43,943 bases of DNA, from assembly GCA_036170915.1 (NCBI GenBank), contig JAVHQC010000031.1, positions 1 through 43,943 on the forward strand, read 5' to 3'. The number at the start of each line of letters is the position of its first letter. Positions within the stretch are counted from its first letter, which is position 1. The position numbers were made by a program, and so were the translations under genes. This document shows positions 8,579-17,726 of this stretch, piece after piece. The notes beneath the pieces were generated by a model that searched no databases, was not told the origin of the DNA, and saw nothing but the letters and a program-made list of their open reading frames with translations. The stretch comes from Cyanobacteria bacterium auto_48_18. Lineage in GTDB: Bacteria; Cyanobacteriota; Vampirovibrionia; Obscuribacterales; Obscuribacteraceae.

Positions 8579-9694
8579 TTATTTTCCTCGAAAAGCTCTG
8601 CAAATCAGTTCGGTACCAATAGCACTGGTCATCAGCCTTTCTTTCTTGTCTGCCAACAACTGTTGTGTCCAATTGACAAAACCACCATCGGCTAACATGA
8701 ACTGATCTCCAAGACTATTTTTCATTTTGATATGAAAACAAGGGCCCTTGTAATAGGCAAGGCCGGTGAGTCTTTGCATGTTAAATTGAACTCGCACATG
8801 CTCGTATTCAACTTGCAGTGGCGCAACAATTTTTTCTTCAAGCAACTTTAGTTGCATGACTAAATGTGCAGGCAAATCGTAAGACGCGAGTTCTTCTGCG
8901 GGTTTAGCAATTATTTTCGGCCAGGTATTTTCATACTGGTCAATTACTCTAGCAGCGCTGCTTGAGTCGCGAGCGCGCACAACACTTTTGATTTGATCGA
9001 AATCTATTTTGAATTTATCGCACAGATGTGCAACAACTCGCGTATCAGAAATTTCAACAACGACATCTGCAAAGGCAAATTCGCTCTTTTGCAAATTCAA
9101 CAAAAAATCTAGATAAAAGCCAATGTGCTCTTTGAGAGCCGCCAGTTCAAAAGCGAAAGAGCCTGAGTCACGGCCGCTGGTGACCATACTAAACAATTTA
9201 AAGTGCGCCGTATAATCAGGATGTTGAGGTAAAGGAAAACGCACCACACGCTGGTTTGTGCATAGCCGTACAGTCTCTTTTCTATCGGCAATATTTTTGC
9301 GCCGCCTTGAACACTCAAGGGCTAGGCTAACAGTTGGGTCAGCAGCACATTCAAAAGCTCTCACCGTACTGAGAACATTTCCCTGGTCAAGACCGGTAAG
9401 TACAGATACTGCTCCGAGCGGCATCAGTGGCGACAATTCGCGCGCTTCAAAATCGCTTGCGGTTTCGTAAGCCAGACATTCCACCTTATTCAACAAGCGA
9501 GCGTCCAGGTCACAAGTTTTAGTTACGGCACTCAACTGAGTTAATTGCGATGCATTCATGGCAGCCACTCGCCGCTTTAAAACCATCAGCATCAGTGAGT
9601 GCAGATCTGCTCCTGAAACTTTATCGGCAAGCGTGTCGACTAAATCAGGCAAGCCAAGGTCGCCGGCAATGCGCATTGCTATTTGTTCGCTCAT
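8579..9694 (-). CDS. Uncharacterised class II aminoacyl-tRNA-synthetase-like (HisRS/HisZ-like) catalytic-domain protein
   Basis: 371 aa; RVVRF..AHF (motif 2-like), LTGLAYYKG (cf. RGLDYYTG), LADGGF, SAIGTEL (motif 3-like); no anticodon-binding domain. Confidence 0.6.
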   Translation of the reverse strand: MSEQIAMRIAGDLGLPDLVDTLADKVSGADLHSLMLMVLKRRVAAMNASQLTQLSAVTKTCDLDARLLNKVECLAYETASDFEARELSPLMPLGAVSVLTGLDQGNVLSTVRAFECAADPTVSLALECSRRRKNIADRKETVRLCTNQRVVRFPLPQHPDYTAHFKLFSMVTSGRDSGSFAFELAALKEHIGFYLDFLLNLQKSEFAFADVVVEISDTRVVAHLCDKFKIDFDQIKSVVRARDSSSAARVIDQYENTWPKIIAKPAEELASYDLPAHLVMQLKLLEEKIVAPLQVEYEHVRVQFNMQRLTGLAYYKGPCFHIKMKNSLGDQFMLADGGFVNWTQQLLADKKERLMTSAIGTELICRAFRGK

Positions 9695-9707
9695 TGTCAG
9701 CTACACG

Positions 9708-12077
9708 CTACATTGAAGTCGAGTTGCGCTTATCAGCCAGCGCTGTTCCTGGTTCTTCTTCAACAATTTTGGGCGTAATCAAAAGCATAAGCTCTGTACG
9801 GTTTCTACCTTTTAAAGTATTTCTGAACAGTGCGCCAAGCACAGGAGCTTCTGCCAAATAAGGTGTCTTAGCCAATTGAGCCGATTCTGTTTCGGTGAAA
9901 ATGCCACCAAGTACAAGTGTCTGACCATCTTTAATGCGTACTTCTTGAGCCATGATGTCACGGTAGTTGAGCAAAGTGACGACTACTGTCGGCGCGTTGG
10001 CCGGTCCGAAAGTGAGCGGTGGTCCAAGGGGAGTTGAAACTTGCGGCCGCAAGCGCATGGTGATAAATCCGTCTTGCGTTACCTTCGGCAGTACATTCAA
10101 GAAAATGCCCGCTTTGGTCAATTCAACGTTAGTTGTGACCACGCCCAAGCTTACTGTTGAAGTTACTTTGTGCACCACTTCTGAAGCAATCGTAATCAGT
10201 GCTTCTGAATTATCTACAACCACAACTGACGGGTTAGCAATCAACTTTGCTTTGTTGGTCTGCAGCAGCAAATTGAGTGACACATTTAAGGCCTTCGGAA
10301 TAGTGGCAATGTTGGCGCGGCCGCCGGCTCTTCCGTCAGCAGTGATGAAGTTGAAGGCACTCTGCGCAGTGGAGAGGGCGTTAACCCCAGCGATGCTCGG
10401 CGCGAGAATCGGAACAAGCGAGCCGATTAAACCGGTGTAGGCAGTGCCTGGTTGGCCGGCACCACCAGCGGCACCATTGGTGACGTTAGAGCCGGTAAAA
10501 GGAATAGCTGGAATGGAGGGGTTAGGGGTGGCATTGGCTGGTGAACCCAAACCAGGCAGATACGATTTCAGTGGTGCCTGAGAATTGCCCATAATTGAGG
10601 TAGACAGACCCTCACCCTGCATGTTGAGGGTAGCTCCGAGTTGCCTGATGCCCTGATTATTGAGTTCTATAAGCGAAGCTTGAATGTGCACCTGCTTCGG
10701 ACGGCGGTCAATCATTCTGATGGCATCTTCTGCCATATTGACGTCATCGACCGTGCCAACCACGATCACTTGCCGACCTTTCACATCAGGTATGACGATG
10801 GCGCCACCACCATTAGGGTCAACGCTATAATCAGCGGCAATCTCTAAGTTAGCTCTGATCTGCTGGGTGCCAGGGTCAGTTGCAGCATTGTTGAAGCCCA
10901 CACCTTCTTGAGTTTGCGCACGACTGGTGCCGCGCAAAGTACGTGATTGTGTTTCTAGCGAGAAGCTTTGAGTGCTGTCGGTATCACTTTTGCTACCTTC
11001 TCTATCGCTGCTCTTTTCGCCAAACTTTTCAACCGAGGGGCCGCTTAAGTCGCTTCCCTGCCCAGAGCCCTGTTTCTCACTTGCACTGTCTTCGGTGCTT
11101 TCACTGGCGATTTGACGCTTTGTTGTAGTTTTGAAATCAGGCAAATAACCTTTGTTGAAAATTGAGGCCGAAAGCAATGCGGCCACATCATATGGATGCG
11201 AATAGCTCAATTTAAATGCTCTGGCCATGGGCCTGTTCAGGCCCAGTTGCACCATCGCTTGAGTAGACCCGACCACAATTGTGCTGTTGTCGAGCACGCG
11301 GCTTTGCAGTCCGGCTGCGGCTAAAACGTTGTCCATTGCTTCATTTAGTGAAACGTCGCGCAGGTCTCCAGTGATTTTTCCACTGCATGACTTATCAATA
11401 ATAATGTTGACATTGCCGCGTCTGGCAATTTCAGTTATTACATCTTTGACTGGAGTGTCTCTGAAGCTAAGATGATGAATGAGGCCATTTTGATTTTGTA
11501 GAAACAGTTTAAATGGTCGGCGTATTTTTACTTCGCCACTTACAGCGGGGAGGCTGTTGCGTGTAACCGGGCGCATAGAGCCCTGGGCAAGTTTGCGGCC
11601 ATCGGCATCAGACTCGCCGCTCGCTCGCGTAGTGTCACGGGTGGTGGCGCTGACATTTCCTGAATCAATATCAGATAATTTTGCCGGCCCACTGGCATCG
11701 ATGGTTGTAGATTCGCCGTCAGTTGTCGGGTTAACAGTCGGATCTGACGCAACTGCATCAGCCGACGAAGCAATAGAAGCTGGATTAGCGGAGGCTTCAG
11801 CCTTTGGTGAAGCTTTGAGCGGATTTGAGGCAATTTGCTGCGCGTCAGACGATGTGGCTGGCCCTGGTGAGTAAACCAGATCAGAGCCGCTGTTTGGCAA
11901 TGCAAAAGACGGCAATGCCAAAAATGAGTTTAAACCGATTGAAAGAGCAACGGACAGTGATACCGCATGTGATATCACGGATCTGATAGCAGGCTTTTGG
12001 CTATTTGCTTGCACTTTTTCTGTTTCCTTGGTTAGCGCTTTTTCAGTCACTTGGGGGTCGAGCAAAAGCAGCGCCAT
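9708..12077 (-). CDS. Outer-membrane secretin (PilQ/GspD family)
   Basis: STN-like LSFRDTPVKDVI..NIII; IDRRPKQVHIQASLIE; AGIFLNVLPKV; IKDGQTLVLGG; PYLAEAPVLGALFR; TELMLLITPKIV. Confidence 0.93.
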   Translation of the reverse strand: MALLLLDPQVTEKALTKETEKVQANSQKPAIRSVISHAVSLSVALSIGLNSFLALPSFALPNSGSDLVYSPGPATSSDAQQIASNPLKASPKAEASANPASIASSADAVASDPTVNPTTDGESTTIDASGPAKLSDIDSGNVSATTRDTTRASGESDADGRKLAQGSMRPVTRNSLPAVSGEVKIRRPFKLFLQNQNGLIHHLSFRDTPVKDVITEIARRGNVNIIIDKSCSGKITGDLRDVSLNEAMDNVLAAAGLQSRVLDNSTIVVGSTQAMVQLGLNRPMARAFKLSYSHPYDVAALLSASIFNKGYLPDFKTTTKRQIASESTEDSASEKQGSGQGSDLSGPSVEKFGEKSSDREGSKSDTDSTQSFSLETQSRTLRGTSRAQTQEGVGFNNAATDPGTQQIRANLEIAADYSVDPNGGGAIVIPDVKGRQVIVVGTVDDVNMAEDAIRMIDRRPKQVHIQASLIELNNQGIRQLGATLNMQGEGLSTSIMGNSQAPLKSYLPGLGSPANATPNPSIPAIPFTGSNVTNGAAGGAGQPGTAYTGLIGSLVPILAPSIAGVNALSTAQSAFNFITADGRAGGRANIATIPKALNVSLNLLLQTNKAKLIANPSVVVVDNSEALITIASEVVHKVTSTVSLGVVTTNVELTKAGIFLNVLPKVTQDGFITMRLRPQVSTPLGPPLTFGPANAPTVVVTLLNYRDIMAQEVRIKDGQTLVLGGIFTETESAQLAKTPYLAEAPVLGALFRNTLKGRNRTELMLLITPKIVEEEPGTALADKRNSTSM

Positions 12078-12109
12078 TCTAGCTTGAATACCTCCAGGTT
12101 TCCTTAAAC

Positions 12110-13336
12110 TTATGGTCGCTTATTGCCTGTAAGGCCATATATGGCGATTTCTAGATTATTTCGAGCTTCGCCGAGGTGTGGATTAAGCCGCAAAGCCAGT
12201 CTCAGCTCAGATACCGCCGATGCGACATCTCCTCGACCATATAACGCATAGCCAAGGTCGTTGCGTGCTTGGGCATTGAGTGGGTCAAGCTGAACAGCTT
12301 GGCGAAATTCTTCAACCGCACCGGTCTTGTCTTTATTGGCGTAAAGGGCCCGCCCAAGCGCCAGATGGCTCTCTACCCAGGCCGGCTCGAGCAACGTGGC
12401 CTGCCTGGCGGTTCGCAGAGCCGGATGATAATCGCCTGACACCAGCAAAGCTCTGGTCAAAACCACGTGAGCCCTTGCAGAGCTTGGCTCTACAGACACT
12501 GCCTGACGGGCAGATTTAATTGCTCCATTAATATCGTGGGTGGCGAGTTGCGCCTCTGAGAGGCCTGAAAAGTTGCTGGCGCTGGCTTTCAGAGTAGTCG
12601 ACTGGCGAAACTCATCCACAGCCTGAGACACTTCAGCCCGTCTAAAAAGACTGTCGCCATAATATTCATGCGCCTCTGCCGAAGCACCCTGTAGCTGCAG
12701 AGCTCGCTTAAACTCCAGCTCTGCGCTGGCTTCATCGCCTGCATGATCAAAGATTTTGCCGAGAATGGCGTGGGCAAAATAGTCTTCAGGATTGATTGCC
12801 ACGGCTCGCTTCATTTCGGCAGCAGCACCTTCAAGGTCGCCTGCCAGGTAAAGATAACCGGCCAGCCGCAGCCTTAAATTTTCATCATATGGATTGTCTG
12901 TGATTTTGCGGCGCAGCTGAATCATTAAATCGCCCAGCGAACGCAAGTCGACGCTGGCCGGTTTGCTGTTCATCAATTTAACCAGCGAGGCCTGAACAGC
13001 AGTTAACTGGCCCTTAGACAACGTTTTAGGCTCAGGCTTAGACTCAGATTTAGACTCTGTTTTAGGTTCAGGTTTTGCCGCGGAATTAGCCTCAGCTTTC
13101 GGTTCGGCTTTGTCGCCTGCTTGAACCTGACTCTTAACTTCACTCTGAACGTCGCTCTGAGTCTCGCTTTTAATCTCATCATTCGGTTGAGCACCAGCAG
13201 GATGAGTGACCAGAGCAAAACTGACAACAAGCGCTAAAGCAGCGCCAGTAAACGGTATACAGACATTGCGAGTGAACCCGGAAGGATTGAATTTATTCAA
13301 GAAAAAGCCTGTGGAGCAGCGGGGCGAAATTGGCAT
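12110..13336 (-). CDS. Exported TPR-repeat protein
   Basis: Multiple 34-aa TPRs (A..LG..Y..G....A...F..A..L.P); hydrophobic signal or anchor; K/P/E-rich linker. Confidence 0.88.
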   Translation of the reverse strand: MPISPRCSTGFFLNKFNPSGFTRNVCIPFTGAALALVVSFALVTHPAGAQPNDEIKSETQSDVQSEVKSQVQAGDKAEPKAEANSAAKPEPKTESKSESKPEPKTLSKGQLTAVQASLVKLMNSKPASVDLRSLGDLMIQLRRKITDNPYDENLRLRLAGYLYLAGDLEGAAAEMKRAVAINPEDYFAHAILGKIFDHAGDEASAELEFKRALQLQGASAEAHEYYGDSLFRRAEVSQAVDEFRQSTTLKASASNFSGLSEAQLATHDINGAIKSARQAVSVEPSSARAHVVLTRALLVSGDYHPALRTARQATLLEPAWVESHLALGRALYANKDKTGAVEEFRQAVQLDPLNAQARNDLGYALYGRGDVASAVSELRLALRLNPHLGEARNNLEIAIYGLTGNKRP

Positions 13337-13413
13337 GTACTGTCATGGCCATTAGTAGATTTAGCTCTGTGTCGCTACAATCATGCCAAATGATAGCAAC
13401 ACCAGCCACCCAG

Positions 13414-14571
13414 ATGAATAAAAAAACGTCGCCGGAAAGCGCGTATATACACATCCCCTTCTGCACACACAAGTGCGAATTTTGCGATTTTGCCGCCTTC
13501 GCCGGTTTGATTGAACTTGAGGACGAATACTGCAAAATTCTTTGCGGCGAAATCGAATCGAGGTTGGCTCATCGTGCAGAGCCTGTAAGCCTGCGCACCA
13601 TTTTCTATGGTGGTGGCACACCTGGTTTAATCAAAGCGGAAAACATCGCCCTGATTCACAAGCAATTGCTCAAATTCGCCTCGGTTAAAGGTGATGAAAA
13701 TCCTGAAATCGCTATGGAGACGACTCCCCACGCTATCACATTAGAAAAGGCACAAGCCTGGCTGAAGATTGGTATCAACCGCTTATCTATCGGCATCGAG
13801 TCGCTCTGCGATGACGAACTGTCAGCTATTGGCCGAGATCACACCGTCGCTGAAGCGGTGGCCGGAGTTAAACTTGCACAGCAAGCCGGCTTCAAGAACA
13901 TCAGCATCGATTTTATGTACGGTCTACCAACACAGACACTGGCGAGCTGGCAACGCACCATCGAAGCTGCTCTCAGCCTGGCTGATGAATGTCCTGCCAT
14001 TCAGCACATATCTGCTTACGGTCTAGAAATCGCCAAAAATTCGCCCCTGCTGAGCCGTTTTCCACGAGACTCGGCAAGCTATCCTTCAGACGACTTGTGC
14101 GTGCAGATGTATGAAATGCTCGTTGATAAACTGGAAGAAAACAATTATCAGCAATACGAAGTCTCGAACTTTGCCCGACCCGGCTTTCGCTCTGAGCATA
14201 ATCTGACCTACTGGCGCAACTTGCCATATTTTGCTTTTGGAGTTGGCGCCCATCGCTATGTAGACGGCGTTCGCAGCGCCAATTGGCGCTCGCTGAAGAA
14301 ATATATGCGCACTCCCCTGGCCGACGAAGTTAGCGAAAATATCGACCAGGCAATGCATGTGAAAGAAGCTATTATGCTCGGCCTGCGACTACTGGAAGGT
14401 ATTGACCTGCAAGCGTTTCAGGCAGACTACGGCATAGACTTGATAGAGACCCAGCGCAGCGAAATTGAATTTTTGTGTCACGAAAATCTGCTCGATTTAT
14501 CAGACGGCAAGCTGAGAATCACGCGCCAGGGCATTCCCATCAGCAACTCAATAATTGCCAGATTAATTTGA
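13414..14571 (+). CDS. hemW: Radical SAM heme chaperone HemW (HemN-like)
   Basis: YIHIPFCTHKCEFCDF (CxxxCxxC), GGGTP, YEVSNFA, HNLTYW (HNxxYW); start placed at ATG 13414. Confidence 0.9.
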   Translation: MNKKTSPESAYIHIPFCTHKCEFCDFAAFAGLIELEDEYCKILCGEIESRLAHRAEPVSLRTIFYGGGTPGLIKAENIALIHKQLLKFASVKGDENPEIAMETTPHAITLEKAQAWLKIGINRLSIGIESLCDDELSAIGRDHTVAEAVAGVKLAQQAGFKNISIDFMYGLPTQTLASWQRTIEAALSLADECPAIQHISAYGLEIAKNSPLLSRFPRDSASYPSDDLCVQMYEMLVDKLEENNYQQYEVSNFARPGFRSEHNLTYWRNLPYFAFGVGAHRYVDGVRSANWRSLKKYMRTPLADEVSENIDQAMHVKEAIMLGLRLLEGIDLQAFQADYGIDLIETQRSEIEFLCHENLLDLSDGKLRITRQGIPISNSIIARLI

Positions 14572-14661
14572 GGATTTTCCTCCCCATAAAGGGAATACGT
14601 GAATATAGATGGTCAAAATTGACGATTGGCCATCTTTACCAGGCGTGTTGGAGTTTTGGCT

Positions 14662-16353
14662 TTGAAGTCTTGTCCTGAGTGCTACTCAGAATACGAAGAT
14701 AGTCTTGAGCGTTGCCCTGCTGATAATAGCGCGCTTAAATCCGGTGACCGCGATCCGCTAGTCGGCACAAGACTGGGCGACCGCTATGAAATCGTCTCGG
14801 TGATTGGCCGCGGTGGTATGGGAGTGGTTTACAAGGCGCGCCAGGAGCAAATGGATAAGCTCATGGCGATCAAAATGCTGCATTCGCATATGGTGTCAGA
14901 TTCAGAAGCGGTTAAACGATTTTTCCGCGAAGCGAAAACAGTATCGCAAGTAAAGCATCACCACATCGTCACTCTTTACGATTTTGGCATGAGCTCTCAG
15001 GGTCAGCCATTTCTGGTTATGGATTTCCTTCAAGGTGTCAGCTTAAAAGACGAGCTGAAAGTCAAAGGTCCGCTTTCATTTGAACGGGCTGACCGAATCT
15101 TTGGACAAATCGTAGATGGTCTGGCAGCAGCGCATTCACTCGATGTGGTGCACCGCGATCTCAAGCCAGAAAATATCGTGCTGTCATCAAACGCACCAAC
15201 CGGCGATTGGGTAACACTGGTTGACTTTGGCCTTTCCAAATTAAAAGAACCAAAGACCCAAGATCAATATCAAATTACTAAAACCGGCGATGTTTGCGGC
15301 AGCCCACCCTATATGAGTCCTGAACAATGTCTGGCCGCATCGGCAGTGGATCCTCGCTCTGACACTTACTCGCTAGCCATAGTCGTCTATGAATCGTTAT
15401 CAGGATTTCTCCCCTACAATGCCAAATCGGCAATTGAAATGATGGACTGCCATCTTTATGGCACGCCTATTCCATTCTCGCAGTGCTCTCCTGACTTTAA
15501 AGTTTGCACAGAACTGACCAATGTTTTGAACAAAGCCCTTTCAAAAGAGCCTGAACAACGGCACGAAGATATTCAAAGTTTTGGCAAAGAGCTGCACGAA
15601 GCCCTAGCTCGCGACGGCATCAAACTAAAGTCTTATAAACACCGCATGGAAATTGCGTCGTTCAAAGATATGGAGAGCGAGGCCGAAGCACTGATGACAG
15701 GCTCGTATCCGACACTTGGACTCGCGGCAGAAGGGCATTTGAATGCAGTATCTAATCAAACTGCCATGGAAATTGCCACCAACACCCAGATCGACCCCAT
15801 GTATGCAAATCGGGTCACCGGGCCAAACGAAGTAATTAACTTTGCTAACCCACCAGGACATAACTCTAATCAAAATCAAAGTCAAAGCAAAAATGGCCAC
15901 AAACCAGTAGAGCGCACCTGGATTTCGCGAATAATGAGCGCCGTTCTCGGCCCTCGCCCTAAAGCCGCAGAAGAAGACGAAGTAGATGAATCACTTCTGC
16001 CCTACGCCAATTGTCCTTACTGTCAGGCCCCTGTGCGTTCCATGATCAGGTTCTGCATTTCTTGCCAGCGGCAGTTACCATCTGGTGCCGAATACGCCAA
16101 AATGCGCCTTAGTGGTGCGGGCGGCAAACTTGTTGCTACCAAGCAGCAAGCGCAAATGACCACAGGCAAGCATGCCAGACCTGGTTTCAGCAACCGCGCT
16201 AAATCGTCCATGAACCGGCAGGGCTATCCAATTATCTTCAAACTTCTCGTGATCGGCCTGGTTTGTGCCTGTCTTTACGCGGGTTCTGTGGCAATGAAAA
16301 ATCCTGAATTTATCAAAATAATGAAACGCACTGTTGCATCGTTCAAAAAATAG
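14662..16353 (+). CDS. Hanks-type Ser/Thr protein kinase with N- and C-terminal Cys clusters and C-terminal TM helix
   Basis: GRGGMGVVY, AIK, HRDLKPEN, DFG, GSPPYMSPEQ; CPEC..CP at the N-terminus, CPYC..CISC near the C-terminus; TTG 14662 has GGAG RBS. Confidence 0.93.
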   Translation: MKSCPECYSEYEDSLERCPADNSALKSGDRDPLVGTRLGDRYEIVSVIGRGGMGVVYKARQEQMDKLMAIKMLHSHMVSDSEAVKRFFREAKTVSQVKHHHIVTLYDFGMSSQGQPFLVMDFLQGVSLKDELKVKGPLSFERADRIFGQIVDGLAAAHSLDVVHRDLKPENIVLSSNAPTGDWVTLVDFGLSKLKEPKTQDQYQITKTGDVCGSPPYMSPEQCLAASAVDPRSDTYSLAIVVYESLSGFLPYNAKSAIEMMDCHLYGTPIPFSQCSPDFKVCTELTNVLNKALSKEPEQRHEDIQSFGKELHEALARDGIKLKSYKHRMEIASFKDMESEAEALMTGSYPTLGLAAEGHLNAVSNQTAMEIATNTQIDPMYANRVTGPNEVINFANPPGHNSNQNQSQSKNGHKPVERTWISRIMSAVLGPRPKAAEEDEVDESLLPYANCPYCQAPVRSMIRFCISCQRQLPSGAEYAKMRLSGAGGKLVATKQQAQMTTGKHARPGFSNRAKSSMNRQGYPIIFKLLVIGLVCACLYAGSVAMKNPEFIKIMKRTVASFKK

Positions 16354-16367
16354 CGAGGGCTAGTAGT

Positions 16368-17726
16368 ATGAGCGAGCTGCCCAGTTATATTCCGCCCCTC
16401 GCACCGAAAGCCGCTGTTCTCGATTTAAGCGGCCGGCTAGACAGCTCGGCACTCGCTCGAATTGAAGCCAGTGCTTCTAAGCTCAATTACAAAGCGAAAA
16501 TAGTCTTAGTACCGAATGATTACAAACCCACACCCGCTGCCGATTTACACGATCTGGCCAGAAGTATTGCCGACGCCTGGTCAGTGCAAGGCAACCGTTT
16601 TCTAATCGTCATTGATTTACCGCACAAACAAATTCGCACCATTGGTGGGGAAGGGTTGAAAGCAAAAGGCATCACCACTGAGTTTGTACAAAACACTTTA
16701 TTGCCGAATTATTTTTATCCCAGTATGCGCAAAGGTGATCTGCCTGGTGCTATCGAAAATTTGATGCAAGCGGTACAAACAAAGGTTGCACAATCCACAC
16801 GTACTAGTATAACAGGCACCACTGCCGGTGTGGCCAAGCCTTCCAGCAGCCAATACCAAACGTATGAAACATCAGCGCCAACTCACGCAGCACCGCAAAT
16901 AAATGGCCTTGGTCTGTGGGGAACAGTGCTCATTTTCGGCAGCATCTTGCTCGCTCTAGTGCTCCTGATGGTGAAATTCTACAAAGACAAAACCAAGCGT
17001 TTAAGGCAGGCTCTGAACGATCGATTAGGCGATCTCTATAAGCGTGCTGACCAGTTGGGCCAGGCTTCAGAATATATGGATCCGACCAAGAACAAAGAAC
17101 TAGCGCTCAAAATTACCGCTTTCTTTGAGAAAATTACCGCGTTGAATAAAGCCGAAGACGAGGTAGAAGAGCTAACTAAAGGCAATAATTTTGGTGGCGC
17201 CAATCGGGGCCTGGTAAATTGCCTAAAGCTTGCAGACCAATTGATTTTAGAAATGGACGATCTTTTGCCAGCGGTCAATGCCATCACAGGCGGTGTTGAC
17301 AATACCGGCGAAGCCGAGCGACTGATTTTGAAAAAGAAAGAAGCTGCAGAACAGAGCCTTAAGATGCAAGAAAAAATATCTGTGCCGCAACAGCAGATGA
17401 GCGGCAGGTACTATCGACCAACCTGGTCTAACGAGCCTCAATACGCACCTCCGGTTTACAACAATGGCAGCAGTTTGATGGACGTCATGTTTTTGCTCAA
17501 TCAAATGAACATGAATAACAGAATCAATCAAATGGATTGGCAAATGAATCACCCTCTATATCAAAATCAAAGTTACGACAATCCAGGTATTTCTGACGCT
17601 GGTGGCAGCTGGGGCAGCTCAAGCAGCAGCGGTAATGATGCAGGTTGGGGAGATTCGGGCGGCAGCTTTGATTCTGGCAGCAGTTCAGACTCGGGCGGCG
17701 GCTCAGATGCTGGTGGCAGCTGGTGA
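16368..17726 (+). CDS. TPM-domain membrane protein with helical region and Gly/Ser-rich tail
   Basis: VLDLSGRL..LARSIADAW..FLIVID..G.GL..FYPSMRKGD (TPM-like); central TM helix; ends GGGSDAGGSW. Confidence 0.75.
   Translation: MSELPSYIPPLAPKAAVLDLSGRLDSSALARIEASASKLNYKAKIVLVPNDYKPTPAADLHDLARSIADAWSVQGNRFLIVIDLPHKQIRTIGGEGLKAKGITTEFVQNTLLPNYFYPSMRKGDLPGAIENLMQAVQTKVAQSTRTSITGTTAGVAKPSSSQYQTYETSAPTHAAPQINGLGLWGTVLIFGSILLALVLLMVKFYKDKTKRLRQALNDRLGDLYKRADQLGQASEYMDPTKNKELALKITAFFEKITALNKAEDEVEELTKGNNFGGANRGLVNCLKLADQLILEMDDLLPAVNAITGGVDNTGEAERLILKKKEAAEQSLKMQEKISVPQQQMSGRYYRPTWSNEPQYAPPVYNNGSSLMDVMFLLNQMNMNNRINQMDWQMNHPLYQNQSYDNPGISDAGGSWGSSSSSGNDAGWGDSGGSFDSGSSSDSGGGSDAGGSW

Noticed and set aside
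8255..8695. ORF-track ORFs 8255-8443 and 8459-8695
   Set aside because: No recognisable protein features; the second reads through the terminator and overlaps a convergent gene
13330..14571. True coproporphyrinogen dehydrogenase HemN
   Set aside because: Short N-terminus and the HNxxYW motif indicate HemW
17590..17723. Repeated GCTGGTGGCAGCTGG as a DNA element
   Set aside because: Explained by the duplicated SDAGGSW peptide in the Gly/Ser tail
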